From Chiloscyllium plagiosum (taxonomy: Eukaryota), in NCBI RefSeq assembly GCF_004010195.1, contig NC_057752.1, forward strand, positions 13,232,007 through 13,296,006: DNA of 64,000 bases, in the 5' to 3' direction. Each line of letters starts with the position of its first letter. Position 1 is the first letter of the stretch. Shown in pieces: positions 1-11,449 of the stretch. The notes under the pieces were generated by a model that saw only the letters and a list, made by a program, of their open reading frames with translations, was not told the DNA's origin and searched no databases. The position numbers and the translations under genes were made by a program.

Positions 1-998
1 GGGACAATTTCGCACGGCCAATCCACCCTAACCTGTACATCCCTGGGCACTACGGGGACAATTTAGCACGGCCAATCCACCCTAACCCGCACATCTCTGG
101 GCACTACGGGACAATTTAGCACGGCCAATCCACCCTAACCTGCACATCCCTGGGCACTATGGGGACAATTTAGCACGGCCAATCCACCCTAACCTGCACA
201 TCCCTGGGCACTATGGGGACAATTTAGCACGGCCAATCCACCCTAACCTGCACATCCCTGGGCACTATGGGACAATTTAGCACGGCCAATCCACCCTAAC
301 CTGCACATCCCTGGGCACTATGGGACGATTTAGCACGGCCAATCCACCCTAACCTGCACATCCCTGGGCACTATGGGACAATTTAGCACGGCCAATCCAC
401 CCTAACCTGCACATCCCTGGGCACTATGGGACAATTTAGCACGGCCAATCCACCCTAACCTGCACATCCCTGGGCACTATGGGACAATTTAGCACGGCCA
501 ATCCACCCTAACCTGCACATCCCTGGGCACTATGGGACAATTTAGCACGGCCAATCCACCCTAACCTGCACATCCCTGGGCACTATGGGACAATTTAGCA
601 CGGCCAATCCACCCTAACCTGCACATCCCTGGGCACTATGGGACAATTTAGCACGGCCAATCCACCCTAACCTGCACATCCCTGGGCACTATGGGACAAT
701 TTAGCACGGCCAATCCACCCTAACCTGCACATCCCTGGGCACTATGGGACAATTTAGCACGGCCAATCCACCCTAACCTGCACATCCCTGGGCACTATGG
801 GACAATTTAGCACGGCCAATCCACCCTAACCTGCACATCCCTGGGCACTATGGGACAATTTAGCATGGCCAATCCACCCTAACCTGCACATCCCTGGGCA
901 CTATGGGACAATTTAGCACGGCCAATCCACCCTAACCTGCACATCCCTGGACACTATGGGACAATTTCCCATGGCCAATCCACCCTAACCTGCACATC
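1..998. repeat. Tandem array of a 53-bp unit (GGGACAATTTAGCACGGCCAATCCACCCTAACCTGCACATCCCTGGGCACTAT), about 18-19 copies, truncated by window start
   Basis: Near-identical units read directly, a few with an extra G. The unit is an internal segment of the HE1-like SINE and runs directly into the SINE head at about 1000-1137. Confidence 0.97.
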
Positions 999-1137
999 TT
1001 TCAACTGTGGGACGAAGCCAGAGCATCCGGAGGAAACTCGGGCAGACACTGGGAGAATGTGCAAACTCCACAGTCGCCCGAGGGTGCGTTCCTGTCCCCA
1101 GTTCTGTGAGGCAGCAGATGCGAACCACTGAGCCACC
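999..1137 (-). mobile_element. HE1-like tRNA-derived SINE, 5' head (continuous with the tandem array)
   Basis: Minus strand starts GGTGGCTCAGTGGTTCGC (A box-like) followed by GGAGTTTGCACATTCTCCC. Matches the SINE copies at 5030, 58395, 59795 and 63660. Confidence 0.85.
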
Positions 1138-1179
1138 AAGAAAGCTCAAAACAAATCCAAGTGCGAGAATAAAAGATAA

Positions 1180-1850
1180 CATTCGGCGGCCCATTCATTC
1201 CTTTCAGCAGTACCAGCCCGCCCCCATCATACAAAAAAAATCCCAACCTGCCCACCGTGGAGACCCTCGGCAGGAAAAGTCTCCGTTACTCGTCGTGCAA
1301 AGACGGCAAGAACCCCCTTCACACCCGCTTTAAAACAAAGACATACAACCAGATCGGCTGGATCATAGGGGAAGGCCGACTAGGCCTCACACCCCGGCTT
1401 CAGGTTCCTCGGCGACCCCCGCCCGATCCAGCCCTCACACCTACCCGAAGAACGTGGAAACCTTCAGTCCTGCCGCCGGGGAGGGCCGCGCTCTGAGAAC
1501 TTCCCATTAGCGCCTCTTTCAATCCCGACTCTTGGACAAGGAATTAGGGCAAGACCGAGAAACGGTCAACTTTTAATTCGGGAGAAGGATAGCTATGGTA
1601 GGAGAGAAGACAAGCGGTCCCACGAGGGGAGGGAAAAAAAATCGATCGACCCCGCCCCTAGCAACAGAAGCTTACAGACAGCCGTTTTCACCAATCGGCT
1701 GTCAGCTGCCGGGCGTCCCATCGCTTCATTGGTCCACAGTGAAAAGGCAGGACACGTTAGTAGCTTAGCAACCTGCAATGATTGACGACAGGGTAACCAT
1801 TGAGTTGTTCTAAATCCCAATGGAAGGCGTCAGGTCGACAAGGCTTGATT
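1180..1850. promoter_or_regulatory. CpG-rich promoter-like region
   Basis: Dense CpGs in a CpG-poor window. GC box CCCCGCCCC 1650-1658, CCAAT 1691-1695, ATTGG 1728-1732, ZNF143/Staf-like AACTTCCCATTAGCGC 1498-1513. Minus-strand donor-like CGG|GTAGGT at 1445/1444. Confidence 0.6.
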
Positions 1851-1892
1851 GGATCTGGAGTGCTCCAAGGATCAGCGCTCGGACCTTTCACT

Positions 1893-2008
1893 TAGGTAAA
1901 AACAAGGAGTGCAGATGCTGGAAACCAGAGTCTAGATTAGAGTGGTGCTGGAAAAGCACAGCAGGTCAGGCTGCTCCTCGGATGCTGCCTGACTTGCTGT
2001 GCTATTTC
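1893..2008. mobile_element. Short PLE family A terminal fragment with inverted segment
   Basis: TGCAGATGCTGG...GCTGGAAAAGCACAGCAGGTCAGGC followed by inverted GATGCTGCCTGACTTGCTGTGCT. Confidence 0.75.
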
Positions 2009-2640
2009 AGCCCCTTTCCTTTCACTTGACGAGTAATTGAGAAAGACCCCCTCTTCATTAAATTCTTCCTTGTGCGTTTGGGGCTCTCTGTGCCACCCTC
2101 AAAGTGGCTGCAGTAAGAAAAAGACCATGGCACACTTCCTTTCTGAAATATGCCTGAATGAAGGTTTGGAGAAAGATGAGTGATGAGGCTCAATAACAGC
2201 CTCTGTGCACTACAGGCAGTTCCCTGGGTCACCCACAGAGATAAACACCAACTATTGATGGAAGACTATCAACTCAGTGGAAAACATTCTTCCAGTGCTT
2301 AGAGTTGATCATAGCTTAGTGTTACATACTGGCATGATTCAAGGTCCAGGACTACCTGTGAGAGATACATGGCAACCACTACAAAGGCATAGTGGAGAAA
2401 GGCCATTGTCTCTCAAGTTTTTCAGACTCAATACACCAAGGAGCTGGTAACTTAAGAACCCCTTGGACTAGATACTTGTCATCAAATATAGCAAATGTGA
2501 CACATCTTGCAATTGTATTGAGGCATCTGAGAGTGTAACATATTCTATTGAATATTTTGGACCTTTCATAATGCCTGATTTTGAATGTTTTGCAATGTAT
2601 GTTTACAACACTCATGAATAAAGTATATTTTTGGAAAAAT

Positions 2641-4476
2641 AAGTAAGAAAAAGCTAAGAAGAGCCAGGAGGAGACATGAGAAGTCTTTGGCAGGTAGGAT
2701 CAAGGAAAACCTTAAAGCTTTCTATAGCTATGTCTGGAATAAAAGAATGACTAGAGTAACATTGGGGCCTGTCAAAGACAGGGGTGGGAAGTTGTGCGAG
2801 GAGTCCGAGGAAATAGGAGAGGTGCTAAATGAATATTTTTTGTCAATATTCACACTGGAAAAAGACAGTGGGGGAGATTACTGAGATCCATGTGATTAGA
2901 CTAGGCGGGATTGAGGTTCATAAGGAGGAGATGTTAGCAATTCTGGAAAGTATGAAAACAGATACGTCCCCTGGGCTGGATGGGATTTATCCTAGGATTC
3001 TCTGGGAAGCTAGGGAGGAGATTGCAGGCCTTTGGCTTTGATCTCTATGTCATAATTGTCTACAGGAATAGTACCAGAAGACTGGAGGATAGTAACTGTT
3101 ATCCCCTTGCTCAAGAAGGGAAGTACAAATAACCCTGGTAATTATAGACCTTTGAGCCTAACATCAGTTGTGGGTAAAGTGTTGGAAAGGATTGTGACAG
3201 ATAGGATTTATAATCATCTAGAAAGGAATAATTTGATTAGGGATAGTCAGCTCGGTTTTGCCTCGGGTAGGTTGTGCCTCACAAACCTTATTGAGTTTTT
3301 TGAGAAGGTGAGCAAACAGGTGGATGAGGGTAAAGTGGTTGATGTGGTGTATGTGGATTTCAGTAAAGCATTTGATAAAGTTCCCCATGGTAGGCTATTG
3401 CTGAAAATACAATGGCAGGTGATTGAGGGTGATTTAGATCAGAAATTGGCTAACTGTAAGAAGACATTGGGTAGTGGTTGATGGGAAATGTTCATCCTGC
3501 AGTTCAGTTAGTAGTGGTGTACCTAAGGATCTATTTTGGGGGCAATGCTGTTTGTCATTTTTCTAAATGACCTAGATGATGGCATAGAAGGATGGGTTAG
3601 TAAATTTGCAGATGACACTAAAGCTGGTGGAGTTATGGACAGTGCGGAAAGATGTTGCACGTTACAGAGGGACATAGATAAGCTGCAGAGCTAGACTGAG
3701 TGGTGGCAAATGGAGTTTAATGTGGAAGAGTGTGAGGTGATTCACTTTGGAAAGTGTAACAGGAATACAGAGTACTGGGCTAATGGTAAGATTCTTGGCA
3801 GTGTAGATGAGCAGAGAGATCTCTGTGTCCACATACATAGATCCCTGAAAGTTGTCACCCAGGTTGATAGGGTTGTTAAGAAGGCGTATGGTGTGTTAGA
3901 TTTTATTGGTAGAGGGATTGAGTTCATGCTGCAGCTGTACAAAACTCTGCTGCGGCCACACTTGGAGTATTGCGTACAGTTCTGGTCACTGCATTATAGC
4001 AAGGATATGAAAACATTGGAAAGGGTGCAGAGGAGATATCCTAGGATGTTGCCTGGTATGGAGGGTAAGTCTTATGAGGAAAAGCTGAGGACTTGAGGCT
4101 GTTTTCATTCAAGAAGGTTAAGAGGTGACTTCATAGAGACGTACAAGATGATCAGAGGATTAGATCGGGTGGACAGTGAGAGCCTTTTTCCTTGGATGGC
4201 TAGCACGAGGGGACAAAGCTTTAAACTGAGGGATGATAGATATAGGACGGATGTCAGAGGTAGGTTCTTTACTCAGAGAGTCGTAAGGGCGTAGAGTGCA
4301 CTGCCTGTAACAATAGTAGACTCGACAACTTTAAGGGCATTTAAATAGTCATTGGATAAACATATGGATGAAAATGGAATAGTGTAGGTTAGATGGGCTT
4401 CAGATCGGATTCACAGGTCAGTGCAACATCGAGGGCCAAAGGGCTTGTACTGCGCTGTCATGTTCCATGTTCTATC
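2641..4476 (+). mobile_element. CR1/HER1-like LINE, 5'-truncated, frameshifted ORF2 (RT)
   Basis: ORF fragments PGNYRPLSLTSVVGKVLE, YVDFSKAFDKVPH and LRPHLEYCVQFWS; nucleotide KFADD motif near 3601; 3' ATGTTCT-type tail. Confidence 0.95.
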
Positions 4477-4619
4477 CCATCTCCCAATGCCACAATCCCA
4501 TGAAAGTGAATGTGCAATGGAACTAGAGAGAAAAACACAAATAAGATATGGAACAAATAGCCTATGACTACAAGCCAGCCCAAGCCCCTGCTTTGTAAAC
4601 CTCATAAAGAAACGATTCA

Positions 4620-4750
4620 GAGGGCGATTGGATAAACATATGGATGAAAATGGAATAGTGTAAAATAGATGGCTTCAGATTGGTTTCACAGGTCGGTGCA
4701 ACATCGAGGGCCGAATGACCTGTAGTGCACTGTAATGTTCTATGTTCTAA
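4620..4750 (+). mobile_element. CR1/HER1 3' tail fragment
   Basis: Close copy of 4350-4475, ending ATGTTCTATGTTCT. Confidence 0.8.
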
Positions 4751-5029
4751 ATTCAACATGGATTTTCATATAAAATACAGTGTGTAGGAGACATTTAATT
4801 TTTGTTCTGTAAATTAAAACAACCTGTTTTGTCCTGTATTGTAATTATTTGTATCCTGAAATGCTGATAATTCTGTTATTATCCTGTTATTATTTTAGAC
4901 TTTGTTTTATTTTAATCGCCTATAACTATTTTATGAATTCTAATTATTTGTTTTATTTGTATCATCATAATTTGGCACCTGTTGCCATGATGATTGTTCA
5001 GTAATCCAATGATCTATCTAGCTGTCTGA

Positions 5030-5300
5030 TCTGGGTTGCTCAGTGGTTAGCACTGCTGCCTCAGGGTACCAGGGACCCGGGTTCAATTCTGCCCTTGAGC
5101 GACTGCCTGTGTGAAGTTTGTGCATTCTCTCCATCTCTGTGTGGGTTTCGTCCCATGGTCCAAAGATGTGCAGGTTAAGTGGACCGGCCATGGGAAATGT
5201 GAGGTTACAGGGATAGCGTAGGGGTGTGTGTGTGGGTGGGGTGCTCTTTGGAGGGTCAGGATGGACCAAATGGCCTGCTTCTACACTGTAGGGATTCTAT
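5030..5300 (+). mobile_element. HE1-like SINE
   Basis: tRNA-like head (GCTCAGTGGTTAGCACTGCTGCC...GGTTCAATTC) and CR1-derived tail (ACACTGTAGGGATTCTAT). Confidence 0.85.
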
Positions 5301-5929
5301 ATTAATAAATTTAAATTGGATTGTGTTTGCTGATAATATAAAGTTAGGTGGAGGATTCTTGTGCTGTGGTGGTGTCCTTTCCTCTGGGCCAGAAAACCCA
5401 AGGTTTAGGTCTCACCCATTCCAGAGCTGTATCAAAATGCACCTGAACAGGTTGGCGTAATGATACATGCATAATTAGATAGGAAACTAAGTTGTAAAGA
5501 GAATGCATAGAAATGTTGATAGGCAAGAACATGGAAAATGGAATACAATGTGACAAGCATAACAACAAGTATAAAAGCAGTATGTTTTTGAGAGTGAGAG
5601 ATTAAGAAAAGTTGGTATTCAGAGAAACCTGGATCTCCTTGTGTCACAGAAAGATAATAAACAAGTACTACAGGCGATTGAAAAGACAAATGTTAGCTTC
5701 ACCATTATTACACAGAGATGGGAGTATAAGAATGAAGAACTCTTCCTGGAGAACAGTGAGCAGCTTGGGTTGTGTGAACTATGAAAAGATATACTAACCT
5801 GAAGAAAGAGCAATGAAGATACACTGGATTGATTCTTGAAATGAGAGGATTATTCTGTAAGGAGAAATTGTGTAGACTGGGTTTTAGAAGATTGGAATTT
5901 AGAAGATTGAGAGGTAATTTCATTTTTTC

Positions 5930-6860
5930 CTCTTCATTCATTCTTGGGATGTAAGCATTGCTGGCAAGTTCATAATTTATTACCCGTCCCTAATTGCCCC
6001 TTAGGAAAGTGGTGAGTGATGAGTTGACTCGTTGAACCACTGCAGTCCTTTGGGTGTAGGTATATCCACACTACTGTTAGGGAGGGAGTCTGAGGATTTT
6101 GGCCCAGTGACACTGAAGGAATGGCAATATATTTCTAAGTCAGGATGGTGAGTAGCTTGGAGGGGAACTTGCAGGGGGTGGTGTTCCCATGTATCTGCTG
6201 CTCTTGTCCTTCAAGATGGAACTGGTCATGGGTTTGGAAGATGTTGATGAAGGAGCCATTGCAATGAATATTTAAGCTGGTGGATGAGCTACTTTGACCT
6301 GGGTGGTGCTGTGCTGCTTGAGTGGTGTTAGAGCTGTACTGGTCCACGTAAGTAGAGATTATTGCAACTCACTCCTGACTTGTATCTTGTAGGTTGGACA
6401 GGCTTTGGGGAGTCAGGAGTTGAGTTACTCATTGCAGTATTCCTAGCCTCTGACCTGCACTTGTAGCCACATTATTTATAGAGCTGCTCCAGTTCTGTTT
6501 CTGGTCAGTGGTAACTCCTAGGATAAAACAAAGAACTGCAGATGCTGGAGATCTGAAACAAAAACAGAAATTACTGGTGAAACTTAGCAGGTCTGGCAGC
6601 ATCTGTGGGGAGAAAGCAAAGTTAATGTTTCAAGTCCAGTGACTGTTCATTAGTCTTACTGGACTCAAAACGTTAACTCTGCTTTCTCCCCACAGGTGGT
6701 GCCATTCCTGCTGAGTTTCGCCAGCAAATTCTGTTTTTGTTTTGTAACTCCCAGGCCATTGGTGGTGAGGATTCTGTTGAATGTAAGGGGAGATAATTCA
6801 ATTTTCCCTTGCTTGAGATGGTTATTGCCTGGCATTTGTGTGATGCTGATGTTACTTGTT
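5930..6860 (-). mobile_element. Old CR1/L2-clade LINE 3' fragment, interrupted by a PLE hairpin insertion
   Basis: The same family recurs at 13166-13616 and 44725-44990 (AAGTCAGGATG...GGAGGGGAACTTGCAGGGGGTGGTGTTCCCATG). Confidence 0.65.
6523..6743. mobile_element. Palindromic PLE-terminus element (family C) with 12-bp TSD
   Basis: Inverted arms (AAACAAAAACAGAAATTACTGG... / ...CCAGCAAATTCTGTTTTTGTTT). Flanks GTAACTCCTAGG 6511-6522 and GTAACTCCCAGG 6744-6755. Confidence 0.75.
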
Positions 6861-7086
6861 AACTTCATTAAAGCAAATGAGGTTTTTAAGGGATTCATTG
6901 GCTTAGATGTTGGATTTCCCCTGGGTGGCAAGTCTGGAACTAGCAGTCAGTCTCAGAATAAGTAGTTTGTCATTGGGAATTCAGACAAGGAGAAATGTCT
7001 TCACTCAAAGAGTTGTACACTTTTGAATTTCTCTACACCTGAAGGCCATAGATGCTGGAATGGCCTAGTGTGTCTATGCCTTACGT

Positions 7087-8090
7087 TATAGAGTCATACA
7101 ACACAGAAACAGACCCTTCAGTCCAACCAATCCATGCCAACCATAATCCCAAACTAGATGGGTCCCACCTGCCTGCACTTGGCTCATATCCCTTCAAACA
7201 TTTCTTATTCCTGTACTTATCCAAATGTTTTTTAAACGTTGTAACTACCTGCATCCACCACTTCCTCTGGAAGTTCATTCCACACATGAATCACACTGTG
7301 TTAAAAAAAAGGTTTGCCCCCATGTCTTTTTAAAATATTTCTCTTCTCATTTTAAAAATACACCCCCTAATCTTGAAATCCCCCATCTGAGGGAAAAGAC
7401 ACCTGCCATTCACTTATTGATATCTCTTATTATTTTATAAACTTCTATAAGGTCACCCCTCAACCTCCTACGCTCCAGTGAAAAAAAGTCCCAGCTTATC
7501 CAGTCTCTCCTTATAGCTCAAATCCTTCATTCTTGACAACATCCTGGTAAATATCTTCTGAACCCTCTCCAGTTTAATAATATCCTTCCTATAACAGGGT
7601 GACACAGTACTCCAGAAGAGGCCTCACGAGTGTCCTGAGCAACCACAACATAACATTCCCAACTCCTATACTCAAAGGTCTGAGCAATGAAGGCAAGATT
7701 TGCTTTCTTAACCACCAAATCTTTTTGTGACGCAAACTTCAAAGAATTATGTAGTTCAACCCCTAGGTGTCTCTGTTCTACAACACTAACCAAGGCCCGA
7801 CTTTTAACTGTATAAGTCCTGCCCTGGTTTGTTTTACCAAAATGCAATACCTCACATTTATTCAGCTATCTGCCACTCCTCAGCTCACTGACCCAATTGA
7901 TTAAGATCTCTTTGTAATCTCAGATAACCTTCTTCACTATCCACTATACCACCCATTTTGGTGTCATCCACAAACTTACTAACCATGCCTTCTCTATTCT
8001 CACCTCAATCATTTATATAACTGACAAACAACAGTGGACCTAGCACCGATCCCTGTGGAACACCGCTGGTAACAAGCCTCAGACTGAAAA
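7087..8090 (-). mobile_element. CR1/HER1-like LINE 3' portion, decayed
   Basis: ORF fragments HFGKTNQGRTYTV and TTFKKHLDKY; CR1 tail. Confidence 0.9.
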
Positions 8091-8812
8091 ACTTATTTTA
8101 ATTTCTCTAAAGCAATGACCTGACACTTCCACCAACTCAAGGGACATCGGTATGACCCTTCTGGAGCGGGTACACTATATGAGCTGTGCCGAAACCAGCT
8201 GGTGATGTTACAGAAACCCCCTAGCCCATCTTCAGCAAACTTACAGGTACCAAATTTGCTCTATACACTTCCAGGTCAGGATGTTGCTGGAATACTTGGA
8301 GACTAGTGTTCACAGAATCCTGTTGTTACACTCCTCCTTGGTAAAGGCTGTGAACCTTGAATTAACTGCAGAGCATGCTGCAAGTCATATGTATTACAGC
8401 TCAATTGTCAGGACCTCTGTAGGTCTAGATCTCTACACATGCCCTATATCCACCAATGAAAGTAAAATGTTAGATTTATCAGTCAACATTTAATTGCTTT
8501 ACATGAGACACTGGTTAGACCTCAGCTAGAAGTCTACGTACCACACTTTAGGAAGGATGTGAAGGCACTGGAGAGGTGTAGAGAGGTTTTTGAAAATGGT
8601 TCTAGGGACAAGAATTTTCACTTCTGAAGATAGGATTGGATAAGTTGGGACTGTTTTCTTTGGAGAAGAGAGGTTGAGAGGTCTAGATGAAATAAATAGG
8701 AAGAAACTGTTCCCACTCGTGAAAGGGTCATGAATGAGAGGTCACAGATTTAAAGCAGAAAATGTGTTGCTGGAAAAGCGCAGCAGGTCAGGCAGCATCC
8801 AAGGAACAGGAG

Positions 8813-8848
8813 AATCGACGTTTCGGGCATAAGCCCTTCTTCAGGAAT
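8813..8848 (-). ncRNA. Minimal hammerhead ribozyme (PLE family A)
   Basis: Minus strand AUUC-CUGAAGA-A-GGGC-UUAU-GCCC-GAAA-CG-UC-GAUU: intact core, 4-bp helix II, palindromic ACGU helix III, GUC cleavage triplet. Helix I is short with one mismatch. Confidence 0.75.
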
Positions 8849-8899
8849 GAGGAAAGTGTGTCCAGCAGGCTAAGATAAAAGGTAGGGAGGAGGGACTTG

Positions 8900-9721
8900 N
8901 NNNNNNNNNNNNNNNNNNNNNNNNNNNNNNNNNNNNNNNNNNNNNNNNNNNNNNNNNNNNNNNNNNNNNNNNNNNNNNNNNNNNNNNNNNNNNNNNNNNN
9001 NNNNNNNNNNNNNNNNNNNNNNNNNNNNNNNNNNNNNNNNNNNNNNNNNNNNNNNNNNNNNNNNNNNNNNNNNNNNNNNNNNNNNNNNNNNNNNNNNNNN
9101 NNNNNNNNNNNNNNNNNNNNNNNNNNNNNNNNNNNNNNNNNNNNNNNNNNNNNNNNNNNNNNNNNNNNNNNNNNNNNNNNNNNNNNNNNNNNNNNNNNNN
9201 NNNNNNNNNNNNNNNNNNNNNNNNNNNNNNNNNNNNNNNNNNNNNNNNNNNNNNNNNNNNNNNNNNNNNNNNNNNNNNNNNNNNNNNNNNNNNNNNNNNN
9301 NNNNNNNNNNNNNNNNNNNNNNNNNNNNNNNNNNNNNNNNNNNNNNNNNNNNNNNNNNNNNNNNNNNNNNNNNNNNNNNNNNNNNNNNNNNNNNNNNNNN
9401 NNNNNNNNNNNNNNNNNNNNNNNNNNNNNNNNNNNNNNNNNNNNNNNNNNNNNNNNNNNNNNNNNNNNNNNNNNNNNNNNNNNNNNNNNNNNNNNNNNNN
9501 NNNNNNNNNNNNNNNNNNNNNNNNNNNNNNNNNNNNNNNNNNNNNNNNNNNNNNNNNNNNNNNNNNNNNNNNNNNNNNNNNNNNNNNNNNNNNNNNNNNN
9601 NNNNNNNNNNNNNNNNNNNNNNNNNNNNNNNNNNNNNNNNNNNNNNNNNNNNNNNNNNNNNNNNNNNNNNNNNNNNNNNNNNNNNNNNNNNNNNNNNNNN
9701 NNNNNNNNNNNNNNNNNNNNN
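8900..9721. other. Assembly gap (N run)
   Basis: Run of N. Confidence 1.
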
Positions 9722-10804
9722 AAGGGGAGGGAGGAGTCTGAGACGGTCCAGGTGAATTTGAGGTCGGGGTGGAAGGTGTTGGTAAAGTGGATGAACTGTT
9801 CAACCTCCTCGTGGGAGCACAAGGCAGCGCCGATACAGTCATCGATGTAGCGGAGGAAAAGGTGGGGGGTGGTGCCAGTGTAGCTACAGAAGATGGACTG
9901 TTCCACATATCCTATGAAGAGACAGGCAAAGCTGGGGCCCATGCGGGTGCCCATGGCTACTCCTTTGGTTTGGTTCCAAGAGCAAGAGGGGAATGGAGTC
10001 AGTTATTTGAAAAGGAAGCATGTGCAGGGCTACAGGGAGAAAGCAGGAAAAGGATATTGGCTGAGATGCCTATTTGGAGAGCTGGTGCAGGCAGGAAGGA
10101 CAAAACGGCCTCCTTCTATGCTGTAACAATGTCGTGATTCTGTGAAATTGAGAGTTCACCAGTTTTCTTTGCTTCTTCTTTTCTGTTCTTCACTCTCTGA
10201 AAGTGTTGCTTCTTCCTGGAACTCAGCACTATAGCAGTCAAGTTACTGTCTAGCTTCTTGCACAAGAAGCAATTGATTATACATGTATAAATGGAGACAG
10301 TGATCGGTGGCAGGCTGTTCAACCATGGATGGTCTCATTACAGTCCTCGCCTTCACCCAGTCACTGAAGGTAATCAAATGCAGGTTTGATTTGGCCTATC
10401 CTCACCTCCCTCCCCAGCCCCCACCATTCCAGGGGTGTTGGGACAAATTGCAGCACAGGCCAGGGATCAAACCATTTGGGCATTTCAACCTGAACTTTTA
10501 TTTGACAGAGAAAAGACCAGAGACTGGAAGATTTGCCTATTTGAGGTTTATTGATAAACAGCAGTCATTAGGTCATAAACAAAGGAGGTCATTAAGTGCT
10601 TGTTCCTGAGATTAAAGGAATTTATATGCAACAGATGATCAAAGGAAAGCTTTCTCAGCAGGGTCGCAGTCACAGCAAATGTGACCTTCCTGAGTTCCTC
10701 TCTCAGACACTTGTTTCTGTCAAGGTGCAGTGTCAAACTGCAAGTGTGAAGGCATTCTTACTGTGGTCAAATATTTTCTCTCTTTCTTTAGGTAGTCTTC
10801 AGGG

Positions 10805-11250
10805 GAGGCAATGGCCTAGTGGTGTTATCGCTGGACTCTTAATCCAGAGACCCAGGTAAAGTTCTGGAGACCCGGGTTTGAATCCTGCCACAGCAGATGG
10901 TGGAGTCATAGAGTCATAGATTTGTCCAGCACGGAAACAGACCCTTCGGTCCAACTTGTCCATGCCGACCAGATATCCAAACCCAATGTAGTCCCACCTG
11001 CCAACTTGAATTCAATAAATATCTGGAATCAGGAGCCTCTGATGATCATGAATCCATTGTTGATTGTTGTAAAAACCCATCTGGTTCACTAATATCATTT
11101 AGGGAAGAAAGCTACTGTCCTTATCTGGCCTACATGTGACTCCAGATCCACAGCAATGTGGTTGACTCTTAACTGCTCTCTGGGCAATTAGGAATGGGCA
11201 ATAAATACTGGTTATCCAGCAACGCCCTCATCCTGTGAATGCGTTAAAGA
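10805..11250 (+). mobile_element. tRNA-derived SINE with CR1/L2-type tail, interrupted by an inverted CR1 tail (about 10906-11003)
   Basis: TGGCCTAGTGG A box, GGTTTGAATCC B box-like; tail GGGCAATTAGGAATGGGCAATAAAT shared with the LINE family at 5930 and 13166. Confidence 0.7.
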
Positions 11251-11449
11251 AATACACAGAGGGCCCAGACTTTATTTGGAGGGGGGGAAAAGGGCATGGT
11301 AATGAGTGACAAAACTGCAACATGATGTAATGGGGAAGGCTGCCTTTGGCTTTCAAAGGGATTTCTCTGTCTGTTTCCTCATGATATCACAGGTGCGGAT
11401 GTCAATTCCATGACCAAGGACTGTTAGGGCAAGGGATTTCTGGTCATAT

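Larger units (their letters stand above)
8755..9970 (-). mobile_element. Penelope-like element family A (RT fragment and terminus), spanning the assembly gap
   Basis: MGTRMGPSFACLFIGYVEQ...FLRYIDDCIG...FHPDLKFT is a PLE RT; terminal repeat with hammerhead at 8813-8848. Confidence 0.9.

Noticed and set aside
1..998. CRISPR-like array
   Set aside because: Units are contiguous with no unique spacers, there are no cas genes, and the unit is SINE-derived eukaryotic DNA.
5030..5100. tRNA genes (also at 10805, 51790, 58395, 60000 and 63900)
   Set aside because: A/B boxes continue into SINE bodies and no full cloverleaf is evident; these are SINE heads.
8788..9954. Long ORFs of 317-388 aa
   Set aside because: Artefacts of translating through the N gap; only the PLE RT piece is real.
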